Below are positions 13,175 to 24,052 of a DNA stretch of 62,017 nucleotides, in pieces (position 1 is the stretch's first letter; every line of letters starts with the position of its first letter). The notes below the pieces were generated by a model that made no database searches, was not told the origin of the DNA, and was given only the letters and a program-made list of their open reading frames with translations. Source of the DNA: Octopus bimaculoides (taxonomy: Eukaryota); NCBI RefSeq assembly GCF_001194135.2, contig NC_068990.1, forward strand, positions 15,977,863 through 16,039,879. Reading direction: 5' to 3'. The translations under genes were made by a program, and so were the position numbers.

Positions 13175-14388
13175 TTCTTTTATCTAGATCTTGTTAAATT
13201 CTTTCAACCACTTGATGTATTTCAAATTTCCAGCAGATTTTGTTTTCAAATGTAATCTTCACGTTTATGTTTTTGTTTTACAAAATTTCTAATGTGAAAT
13301 CGCGTGTTGAAACAGATATTGTTATATTTCGGGACGGTCATTCCCCCCTCCCCCGCTTGCCAAATAAACACACGCACTATATATTTGTTCTTCACTCCAN
13401 NNNNNNNNNNNNNNNNNNNNNNNNNNNNNNNNNNNNNNNNNNNNNNNNNNNNNNNNNNNNNNNNNNNNNNNNNNNNNNNNNNNNNNNNNNNNNNNNNNNN
13501 NNNNNNNNNNNNNNNNNNNNNNNNNNNNNNNNNNNNNNNNNNNNNNNNNNNNNNNNNNNNNNNNNNNNNNNNNNNNNNNNNNNNNNNNNNNNNNNNNNNN
13601 NNNNNNNNNNNNNNNNNNNNNNNNNNNNNNNNNNNNNNNNNNNNNNNNNNNNNNNNNNNNNNNNNNNNNNNNNNNNNNNNNNNNNNNNNNNNNNNNNNNN
13701 NNNNNNNNNNNNNNNNNNNNNNNNNNNNNNNNNNNNNNNNNNNNNNNNNNNNNNNNNNNNNNNNNNNNNNNNNNNNNNNNNNNNNNNNNNNNNNNNNNNN
13801 NNNNNNNNNNNNNNNNNNNNNNNNNNNNNNNNNNNNNNNNNNNNNNNNNNNNNNNNNNNNNNNNNNNNNNNNNNNNNNNNNNNNNNNNNNNNNNNNNNNN
13901 NNNNNNNNNNNNNNNNNNNNNNNNNNNNNNNNNNNNNNNNNNNNNNNNNNNNNNNNNNNNNNNNNNNNNNNNNNNNNNNNNNNNNNNNNNNNNNNNNNNN
14001 NNNNNNNNNNNNNNNNNNNNNNNNNNNNNNNNNNNNNNNNNNNNNNNNNNNNNNNNNNNNNNNNNNNNNNNNNNNNNNNNNNNNNNNNNNNNNNNNNNNN
14101 NNNNNNNNNNNNNNNNNNNNNNNNNNNNNNNNNNNNNNNNNNNNNNNNNNNNNNNNNNNNNNNNNNNNNNNNNNNNNNNNNNNNNNNNNNNNNNNNNNNN
14201 NNNNNNNNNNNNNNNNNNNNNNNNNNNNNNNNNNNNNNNNNNNNNNNNNNNNNNNNNNNNNNNNNNNNNNNNNNNNNNNNNNNNNNNNNNNNNNNNNNNN
14301 NNNNNNNNNNNNNNNNNNNNNNNNNNNNNNNNNNNNNNNNNNNNNNNNNNNNNNNNNNNNNNNNNNNNNNNNNNNNNNNNNNNNNNNC

Positions 14389-15270
14389 GGCCATTCAATC
14401 ACAAATGATAACGAAGCTGCTAAAATCTAGCCTTCAGCTGCCTTGGTCCCTTCTATCCACTATCCTGATTGGTTCTTATTTTGCGCGGCAATTGTCCCCA
14501 TGTTCTGCTTGCTTAGGGGGCATTTATGTCCAATCGTGGCTTCAGCTAAAGTCACGTGATAGAGAGTTTTACTGGGTTTCCGGTGAGCTATTTTCGCCTA
14601 TAAATAAGCCCGATCCAACGACGGCAATCGTCTTCGATTCCAGATCTCACACAGGTCTGGGCGTTGACCACACACATACGTCTTCGATTTCAGGTCTCTC
14701 ACAGGTCTGGTCGTTGACCACATACATACAGAACACAACTACAGCCTGTTCCAGCGCCGACGTCTTCTCCACCAATGTACTGTCTACCATTGTCGTCGCC
14801 AGCAACACCAACCTCAACAAGAGCGGTTTTATCTCGACGCTGTTGAGTGGATGTTTCCACTCACGATTAATAGTCAGAACTAACCAGCCAGAATATACTA
14901 TACCAGGTAACACAGGTCGCAGCATTCGACGCTCAACACACATAGTGTGATACTACAGCTCTGCTCCTTGACCGCAACTTCCTGCGTATGAACATTCTAA
15001 ATCTTGTGTAACTCTTATACGAACTGGTTTTCTCTATCTCAGTGTTTAAGACTTTTTACAGTCTATGTTACAGACACTCTTACTATGTTATCTCGCATGC
15101 ACGCGCACACAGACACAAACAGTTTCACTTTGTTAATAAATTTATTCTCATTATATATCTAACGGTTGAGTTTGTCCTAAGTTCTTTTACTGGCACTATG
15201 GCTCGTATCACTCACGATGAGCCTTTCTATATTATATATAATCTTGTATTTTGTGTTCGACCGTGCGACA
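14389..15270 (+). mobile_element. LTR-like promoter-bearing element (probable solo LTR; 5' end lost in gap)
   Basis: ATTGG 14468, CCAAT 14530, GTCACGTGA 14551, TATAAATA 14599, 50-bp tandem duplication 14631-14730, AATAAA 15135, ends …GCGACA followed by TGG; no ORF. Confidence 0.5.
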
Positions 15271-15434
15271 TGGTAAAAAGGAGCCTTTACCTTCTACGTC
15301 GCCATCTCCTTTGGTTCGCACGGTCGAAGTATTACAGTAACAAGCCAAGTTGTTACCAAGCTGCTTACCCGTCTGTTGCTATCCTGTCCAGCCACGTGCT
15401 CATTTTCACTTATTAAATGCTTAAAACACATGAA

Positions 15435-15620
15435 ATATGAGGTAGTCGTGAGATGTGCTAAAAATAACAATTAAATAGGCCTTAAATCATATGCCCCAAA
15501 TTTTTTTGGCATAATCATACAAATTCCTGTGTGTAGAATACAAATTCGCAAGAATTTTCTGAAAATTCCAAAAAATAAAAATGCTATGAAGGGTTAAAGG
15601 GTGTGCGCAAAGCAGAATTC
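15435..15620 (+). repeat. Interspersed repeat; inverted homolog at 19755-19940
   Basis: GTGAGATGTGCTAAAAA…CCTGTGTGTAGA…GAATTTTCTGAAAATTCCAAA…GCAGAATT matches the reverse complement of 19755-19940. Confidence 0.8.
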
Positions 15621-18600
15621 CGTCACTATTTCATTTATTTACAGATTGACATGAAAATACGTGCTATCGTTGCAATGTCGACAGCCTGTGCAGTTATGCA
15701 CAAAACGACTGCTTCCAGGGGGCATCGCCTTGATGGATTTATTTGAACAAATTGATCGCTAGTACTTTGGCATTGATGTGTAGATAAGGAACTCATTTTG
15801 CGACCATGTCATTTTCGGGCTCTTTCCGAGTGTACGGCACCTTGAGCAAGTGTTTTCTATTTATAACCCCGGGACGACTCTTGTGGGTGAATTTGGTTGT
15901 TGGAAACTGTAGAGATTATGCTTCAGTTTGGGTCGCAAAGCCATGCAAATTTGCTTTAAGTCGTCATGGACCCAGCCCCTTCCTCCTGACTAAGAGATTT
16001 AAAATGTTTTTTTCAATCTCAGGATCATTGCTATATTTAGAAGTTGTAACAGTAAATAGCATTTATTGTTTATATTGGTCCATTACTCAGGGAAAGGGAT
16101 TTCTGCACTCCTTGTTACCCCCACCTTTCAGCACACACACTCACACACACACACACTCACACACACACACACGATCACATACACCCAGGCATACATGCAT
16201 ACACACACTTACAGGCAGACACGCACGCGAACATACACAGGGGCACTTATACTCACACGCGCACACACATTTATACATACGTGCTCGCTTGCGCGTACAC
16301 ATCTCTGTTGCTCATCATATGAAGGAACTTCTCGGTGCGATCGCTTCACTCCCAGAAATAATAACCACATACCCTTCAAATCACAGTCTACTATCTTAAA
16401 ATGAAATGGCACATTAGATAATTGTAGTCCAAGTACACCATGTTTGACTCAACAGATCTATAATCAAATGTTTTTTGTTATTCACAAATGGAACTGATTT
16501 CATTAAAAATTTTCTCAGTCAAAAATGACTTAGGACTGAGCAACATACCATAACCAACAACAAAAATACACGAAGACATCACGCGCATGCGCACACATAT
16601 ACACTCATACGTCTTTTCTTTTTATCCTTTACCTGTTTCAGTTTTTGGACTGCGGCTTTAAAGTTTTAGTCGACCCCAGAACTAAACCTTGATTTAAATC
16701 TACTGTTTATTCTACCCGTCTCTTTTTGTTACGCGTAAACAAGTCAATACCGGTTGTCAAGAGGTGGTGGTGGGACAAGCGTCAACACACAGACACACAC
16801 GACAAACTTTCCGCGTCCGTCTACCGAGTCCACTCAAGACTGTAGTAAAAGACACTTGCCCAATATGCTGCACAGCGGGACTGAACCCAAGACCACCACA
16901 TGGTTACACACAAGCTTCTTAACTACATATATGCATACAATATCTATCTATGTGTACGCACACACACACAGAAGTTTCCTTGTAAAACGCTACTAAGATA
17001 TATAGAGTAATCCTTTATAGTCTAATGCTGGGCTTCTACACAGTTTCCGTGTACCAAATTCACTAGCGAAGTCATGGACCGGTCTGGGGTTATAGTAGGA
17101 AATGCTTGCCTAAAGTGATGTGCAGTGGGACGGAACCTGAAAACGCGTGGTTGTGAAGCTTACTTGCTCATCATACTGCCATGGTTCATTAGCCTACATT
17201 GAAACATACACATACTAGAATATTAAATTAAATTCTGAAAACTAGAAATATTGAGAAATAAACTTTGGAAATTATTAATGTTAGCTCAGGCATGGCTGTA
17301 TGGTTATACACTGCTTGACAACAGATACTGCTGGCTTGTTTACAACATCATAACTTAGTTGTTCGTTTAAAGAATCGATAGAAGGTGTAACTACAAGATT
17401 TTGCATCTACACGGCCGTAGTCCAATGACTGAGACAAGTAAAAATGAAAAAATAAAAAGTATTTAATTTTTTGTTCGATAGAGTTGAATGATTATTTTTC
17501 ATTGGAAGTTTCACACTTCCCCTCAATACACATTTTTCATCCATTTTTTTAATCCGTTTACTTTAATGTCTCACTTGAAATTTAATTGTTTCGACTTCAT
17601 TGAACGTTACCTTTTTGATGTTCCAGTTTACTTACATCCTCCCACGAAATTTTCGTCATTTCAAACAATAGTTGTCTTTCGCTTTATTTTATTATCTCGT
17701 ATATTCTCTTTCTTCCCCTGCTTACTTGTTTATTTGTTCCTTTCTTAATTTCTTTCTTTCTTGCTTCACTGAATCCTATTGTTTATTGATATTTTGCACC
17801 GGAATCGGCCATCTTTGATTGACATCTCATATTATTAATTTCTAAAGAGCTTAGTTCAATTATTCTAAACACTGCAGGAGATTTTTTTAACGGAAAATCA
17901 GTGTTATTGTTGACGGTGGTGGTGGTGATGTTGCTGGGTGACTATACTGTCCATAAATTAAACACTTAACCCTGAAGATGGACCTAACTCCCATGGTCAC
18001 CGACCTATTTGATCTATTTAGTTTTACTGCTGCCTACCTATTATATTTCGCTCGTTCATGACAGGATGAACAAGAAAAGAAAACAAAAAAATAGGAAATA
18101 ACGGAAAATAAGATAAACTAAAAACTAAACCGTTATCTTTTATTGAAACGCTAATATAAACGTCACAATCAGACGAGCTTGGAATAAATTCTTCGCATCC
18201 ATAATAGTGTTCAAGTGAAATACACTCCGTTTACGAAGGTGACATTCATTTAAAAGAAGAAAAGTGCGTGGCATTTCATTTTGGACAGACTATTGTAGTT
18301 ACAGTATGGCGAATGGTTAAGAAATTTGCTTTGCAACTATGTGGTTTCAGGTTTGATTCTCAATTGGGGTAGTCGTCTTTCTTTTGTTTCTTTCACTTAC
18401 ACGTTATAAAGTCACCGATAGTTGTTCAATCCTAGTGATCGATAAAGAAAAAGGGTGAATGGAACTATTCTAAGCATGCTTTTGCAGATGGAGAATAACA
18501 GTTAGGTGAGGGTTTATCAAGATGGTCGTGGAAATGTGGGGTTCTTTGATTGGCTCCAGATCAATGGTGTGTGTAAATCTTACTGTATTTTTATAATTGG

Positions 18601-18865
18601 ATATTATGGATCTAGTTGGTTTGGCTACCAGCATTTCAAAAATTGAAGTTTATTGAAAATTTTAAAATTTGGCACATTAATATACTTTTCCAGGTTGAAT
18701 TGCTGGAGCTATCTCATTTTTCCAGAAAAATATTTTTAAAAAGCTATAGAGGTTTAAAGTTTGATCATTTTCACCCAGTCAGGAAACAAGATTTGGAAGC
18801 AGTCATTTTGTGCGTGACTGCACATGTCAATATTCTGAAAATAGCATGTGTTTTTATATGAAACT

Positions 18866-19465
18866 GGGTGGTAAGAAGCTTCCCAACCACATAGTTCTGA
18901 GTTCAGTCTCACTGTGTAGCAGCTTGGGCAAGTGTTTCCACTATAGCCTCGGGCCAACCGAAGCCTTATGAGTGGATTTGGTGGATCTAGTCTTTTTCAT
19001 TCGCAGGTAAATTTCACATAAATTTCACAGGTANNNNNNNNNNNNNNNNNNNNNNNNNNNNNNNNNNNNNNNNNNNNNNNNNNNNNNNNNNNNNNNNNNN
19101 NNNNNNNNNNNNNNNNNNNNNNNNNNNNNNNNNNNNNNNNNNNNNNNNNNNNNNNNNNNNNNNNNNNNNNNNNNNNNNNNNNNNNNNNNNNNNNNNNNNN
19201 NNNNNNNNNNNNNNNNNNNNNNNNNNNNNNNNNNNNNNNNNNNNNNNNNNNNNNNNNNNNNNNNNNNNNNNNNNNNNNNNNNNNNNNNNNNNNNNNNNNN
19301 NNNNNNNNNNNNNNNNNNNNNNNNNNNNNNNNNNNNNNNNNNNNNNNNNNNNNNNNNNNNNNNNNNNNNNNNNNNNNNNNNNNNNNNNNNNNNNNNNNNN
19401 NNNNNNNNNNNNNNNNNNNNNNNNNNNNNNNNNNNNNNNNNNNNNNNNNNNNNNNNNNNNNNNNN

Positions 19466-19506
<41 letters not shown>

Positions 19507-19755
19507 TATATATTATATTCATATATATATATATATATATATATGAATATATTTATGTGTGTGTGTCTGTATTTCTCCCCACACTGTCGCTTGACAACTG
19601 ATGCTGGTGTTTACATCCCCTGTAACTTAGTGGTTCGATAAAAGAGACCGATAGAATAAGTACCAGGCTTACAAGGAATAAGTCTTGGGGTCGATTTTTT
19701 CGATTAAAAGTGCTGCTCCAGCACGGCCGCAGTCAAATGACTGATACAAGTAAAT
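18866..19755 (+). mobile_element. SINE family 1 split by an insertion and an assembly gap
   Basis: 5' half at 18866-18985, 3' half at 19555-19755. Confidence 0.75.
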
Positions 19756-19959
19756 CAAATTCTGCTTAACGTATGACATATAATCTCTCATAACTTTAAA
19801 ATTTGGAATTTTCAGAAAATTCTTGTGAATTTATACTCTACACACAGGAATTCATATGATTATGCAAAAAAATTTTAATGGGGGGGGGGGTCTGATTTAA
19901 GGACTGTTTAGCTGTTAGTTTTAGCACATCTCATAACCAGGGCACAAGTAACAAACATC

Positions 19960-20063
19960 GTCGACGCACGTGGCATCGCATAGACTATATATGTCAACAC
20001 ACGTGCTTTTTTGCTGACAAAAGAGTTCTCATGTTTGGTTTGTTACTATGGAAACAGGTATGA
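19960..20063 (+). promoter_or_regulatory. Candidate promoter/first exon with RFX X-box overlapping ATG and a splice donor
   Basis: CACGTG at 19967 and 20000; GTTACTATGGAAAC (20042-20055) fits GTYNCYATRGNAAC; ATG at 20048; donor CAG|GTATGA at 20057/20058; lies at the right edge of the CpG-retaining domain. Confidence 0.5.
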
Positions 20064-20625
20064 ATGTGTTTGTGGCTGACGATTGACCTATATATCTATT
20101 GATATATAATGTATAGATGTTGGTTACAGCAACAGAATCTGTGTGGTCTGTGTTTTTAAAAATGGTATTTATAAATAAAGTGTAAAGTTTCTTAAGTTTG
20201 AATGCTCCATTGGCAAAAGAGTTGCTGAATTTTCAGGGATTGAGAAAAGATTTCTTTCATCATTGGAGAGGATTGAAAAAATGACTGGAAATAACAGAGA
20301 ACTAATCCTTTGTGCATGAGTGGGAGAGAAGGACTGGTAGAGAAAGGAGGAAGAGAGCTAGAGAGAGGTGGGGTAGAGAAAGAGGGAAGAGAAGGAAGGA
20401 GAATAGGTGGGGAGAGATATGAAGAGAATTTAAAAGGATTTGGGATATGATGAGAGTGCTGGTGGAGGTGGAGAGAAGAATAGGGAGTAGATGGGGTTAG
20501 AACAGAAGGAAGAGGAAGGGTACTGGACAGTTTGAAGAGGGAAGGGGTTATTTTTGTTGACCAGGTCAATGACCATCAAAAGCATCTTGTTCTTAGCTTC
20601 ATTCTCTTGCTCATCTGTATCACAT

Positions 20626-20660
<35 letters not shown>

Positions 20661-21206
20661 CTCTCTCTCTCTCTCTCTCCCCCCCACACACACACACACT
20701 ATATCTTTTACCTTTTACTTATTTCAGTCATTAGACTTCGGTGCTGGGGCACCACTGGCCTGAATTATAGTCGTTCAACCCTACCAATAATTTTTTAAAA
20801 GCCAGTATTTAAAATATATATATATTTGTGTGTGTGTGTGTGTGTGTCATTATGTCCGTGTTGTCCCCACCACTGGTGTTGGTGTATTTACATCTCCTGT
20901 AACTTAACAGTTTGTCAAAAATACCTGATAGAATAATACCAGGCTTAAGAAATAGTTCTGGAGTTAGTTTGTGTGTTTAACATTCTTGAAGGTGGTGCCC
21001 CAGCATGGCAACAATCTGATGACTGAAACAAGTGAAAGATAAAGAAGTTGAAAAAAAAAAAGATGAAGATTTCACTTGGGCATAGGGATACTAATAACCT
21101 GGTTTAAGAACTCAGTATACTAATGCTTCAGAGTAAAGCATTAGTTGAATACAAAGTGTAATATGATAAGGTTACAGGAATTACATAATCAGCTTCAGTA
21201 GCTTAC

Positions 21207-21258
21207 AGCTGTTTCTGCTATAAGATACAGTGCACTGCATCTTAGAGCTGAAACAGCT
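21207..21258. repeat. 52-bp palindrome (26-bp arms, 3 mismatches)
   Basis: AGCTGTTTCTGCTATAAGATACAGTG|CACTGCATCTTAGAGCTGAAACAGCT. Confidence 0.9.
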
Positions 21259-21624
21259 CAAATGGAACTGGACTCAATTGCCATTTGGTAATTATAACAA
21301 ATCCTTTAGAAGTGGAGGTAATTTTAATTTATTGAGAATTTATATTGTATAGTATTTGATATACCTGTGTTTGTCTATGGTGTTCAAATACATGCTACTG
21401 TATTTGTTGTTTCACTGTTGTTTCTCTTTATTCATTTTTGTTATGTCCACCACCACCACCACTTGACAACTGGTGTTGATTTCTTTACGTTCCTGTAAAC
21501 TAGTAGTTCAGCAAAAAGAGACCAATAAATTAAGTATTGGGGTCCAATGACTGAAACAAGTAACAGATAAAAGATAAAGATTGACAGAAAGGAAGAAAGA
21601 AAAAAACACAAGGGGATACTAAAT

Positions 21625-22210
21625 TGATAGGTGAAATAAACATCAGAGATGCTTTATCTCATACAGAAACTGCAGGAGCCACTCAGAGGTTCTACACTAT
21701 TCTGAAGCCATTGTTTTATTGGAAACCATCCTGTATCATCAGCAGGTGTCTCAGAGTTGCAAGTGTTTCACCCCTTAACCTGTACACTTTGCCTGAGTGG
21801 AGCAGCAAAGGCTTCCACTTGTTGTTTCTTGTCAATCATAGCCACATTGTGCTTGTTTCAGCTGCTGTTAACTTCTTGATAGCTTTCTTTAGTAGCCTGC
21901 ATTCCAGATCTATCTTCTGTAGAAAATAGCGCACTGATCCAGCTGGAAAACCACAGCTGCTGACTTCAATGGAGAATGAGGCTGCATGCCATCCCTTGAC
22001 AAGGGCCTTGTCAACTAAGGCTTGATAGTTGTTTTTTTTCCCCTGGTGGAAAATATCAGGTGTATCATCCCAGAGCACTGTGAGTTTGACCATGATGATT
22101 GTTTTTGTACTTCTGGAGAGTAGGAACATGTTTGGTCAGAGTGATGTTACCACTATCTTATCTGGGAGAAAAAAGGCTGCCCTTCAGCTTACATTTACTT
22201 GAAAGAATCT
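21625..22210 (-). mobile_element. R2-group (HERO-like) non-LTR retrotransposon, restriction-like endonuclease C-terminal remnant
   Basis: SL*PNMFLLSRSTKTIIMVKLTVLWDD…KKNNYQALVDKALVKGWHAASFSIEVSSCGF resembles the RPD…ELTVPWEE…KY..L…GW…PVEVGCRGF motif. Confidence 0.75.
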
Positions 22211-22481
22211 GAAGTAAAGTATATATGTTTATAGTCAACTGAATAGCTATTTTCAACTTATCTGATGGATAGGATTCCAAAATGGTTAATTCTTATTAAT
22301 CTATTGTTAATGTCTGTGTTGAAGAATGTGGAAAAAGTATGATGACGTCTCTTAGGTTTTATAGATGGTGGGCCATTGGAATGGGGTTCGTGAGAAGGAT
22401 GTATGTACTATGTGAGCTTGAACATTTTGATTTTGGCCTTGGGCCTTGACAGGCACCAATTGATATTTGTGTATCACTTTC

Positions 22482-22514
<33 letters not shown>

Positions 22515-22704
22515 TGTATCTTTGTTTTTATTTTTCTGTTCTATAAAACACAAAAAACAACCACATTGTTATGACTTTTAAATCTCTGTTCAACTTCATT
22601 GAGATAATGCTTCAAAATAACCTGTAATATATATGTGTGTGTGTGTGCACATGTACTATATATATATATTACATACATGTGTGTGTGTGTGTGTGTGCAT
22701 ATGT

Positions 22705-22762
<58 letters not shown>

Positions 22763-22771
22763 TTACATACA

Positions 22772-22812
<41 letters not shown>

Positions 22813-23177
22813 CATACATAGACACATGCAATGTGTGTGTCTGACGTTTGTTGAGGACTATCATATTAAGTAACAGACGACATGGAGTGAATGAGATTGC
22901 TCTCGAAATAAAACGAAATATCAGAGGACACACAGTAAACTTTTCACAATATTACAATGACATGCATGTATACACACACCCACACACACACATACAAATA
23001 TACATACATACACGCACACACGTGTGTTTTTGAATGTGTATGCTTATGTATGTAAGAAGATATGTGTGTGTGTATATATATATATAGTTGCTCATGACTG
23101 AAAATGGTAGCATGTTCTTTTTCTGTCTGAGAATACCAACTAATTCTTGAAGCCAAAGACTGGTCCATGAAACTTAC

Positions 23178-23211
23178 CAAATTACCATTATTTTCAGCCA
23201 CAAAATAACGA
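23178..23211 (-). other. Candidate 34-nt exon (…RYFVAENNGNL), unassigned
   Basis: Acceptor ATTTTTAAG, donor TTG|GTAAGT; no homology recognised. Confidence 0.2.
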
Positions 23212-23588
23212 CTTAAAAATTATGTATTCACTCAGACAGCACCCACCTTCATCCTACATATTCATATTTATATAACACACACACACACATGCATGCACAC
23301 TATTTGGTGTTTACATAGACATATTATGTCTATATACAGAGGTTAACGTCAGTACCATTGTACCATGATAGATGTAGACAAAATATAGAGAGGCAGGTGC
23401 ATTGTTTAGGTTATGTGAACTGTCAGTAGATATGAGTACAAGTGAGACAGCTGAGTATGCTCTATTTTTAATCTTTTATTCTTTTACTTGTTTCAGTGGT
23501 TGATTTGCAGTCATGCTGGAGCACCACCATGAAGGGTTTTAGCCAAACAAATCAACCCCTGCACTTTTTCCTTTGTTATTATTATTAT

Positions 23589-23795
23589 AAGGTGGTAAGC
23601 TGGCAGAATTGTTAGCATTTGGATAAAATACTTAGCAGTATTTCTTTACATTCTGAGTTCAAATCCAGCTGAGACTGACTATGCTTTTGATCCTTTTGGG
23701 GTTGATAAAATAAAATACCAGTCAAGTACTAGGATCAATGTAATCAACTTGTTTCCTTTCCTCAAAATTGCTGGCCTTGTACCAAAATTAAGGAA
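23589..23795 (+). mobile_element. SINE family 2 (Meta-SINE-like core)
   Basis: AAGGTGG…GCTGGCAGAATTGTTAGC head, TTCTGAGTTCAAAT B-box, CCTTTTGGGGTTGATAAAATAA..TACCAG core; further copies at 24175-24395(+), 29065-29275(-), 29290-29512(-), 57565-57795(-), 59690-59850(-), 60925-61140(+). Confidence 0.8.
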
Positions 23796-23898
23796 AATTA
23801 CAAACCTTTTTGGTTGATGAGATACTGTGACATTGCTGAAGACTATGTATTTGGACTGGCTTTTGTGCCAAAACTATAGAAATAATGTTTCCTAGAAT

Positions 23899-24052
23899 CA
23901 CTAGTGTAACTGGGATAGGGGTGGGTGGGTGTAGGAGTGGTCTGCCCTGGGTGGCACTTTTGGGTCTGCTGTAGTCAATATGTGTTTTTTGTGGTGTCTG
24001 GGGGCAAACGGAAGGGCTTCCCTGGGCAGCACATACTCTAGCTACACTACTG
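23899..24052. mobile_element. 154-bp MITE with 8-bp TSD (hAT-like)
   Basis: TIR CACTAGTGTAACTGG / CTAGCTACACTACTG; exact TSD CCTAGAAT at 23891-23898 and 24053-24060. Confidence 0.85.

Larger units (their letters stand above)
10600..20100. promoter_or_regulatory. CpG-retaining (putatively hypomethylated) domain between CpG-depleted flanks
   Basis: By eye, CG dinucleotides are frequent in both unique DNA and diverged SINE copies here, but replaced by TG/CA in homologous SINE copies outside. Confidence 0.6.

Noticed and set aside
15201-15224. GGCTC…GAGCC resembling a histone 3' stem-loop
   Set aside because: Loop length and sequence do not fit, and no histone ORF lies upstream
17975-18005. Hammerhead-like CTGAAGATGGACC…GGTC; also CTGATGA at ~35284 and ~32360
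   Set aside because: The required GAAA core and stem III are missing; at most decayed Penelope-type remnants
20330-20545. Purine-rich tracts (also 4085-4440, 29820-30150) as H-DNA or coding sequence
   Set aside because: Degenerate low-complexity sequence without clear mirror symmetry; ORFs are compositionally biased
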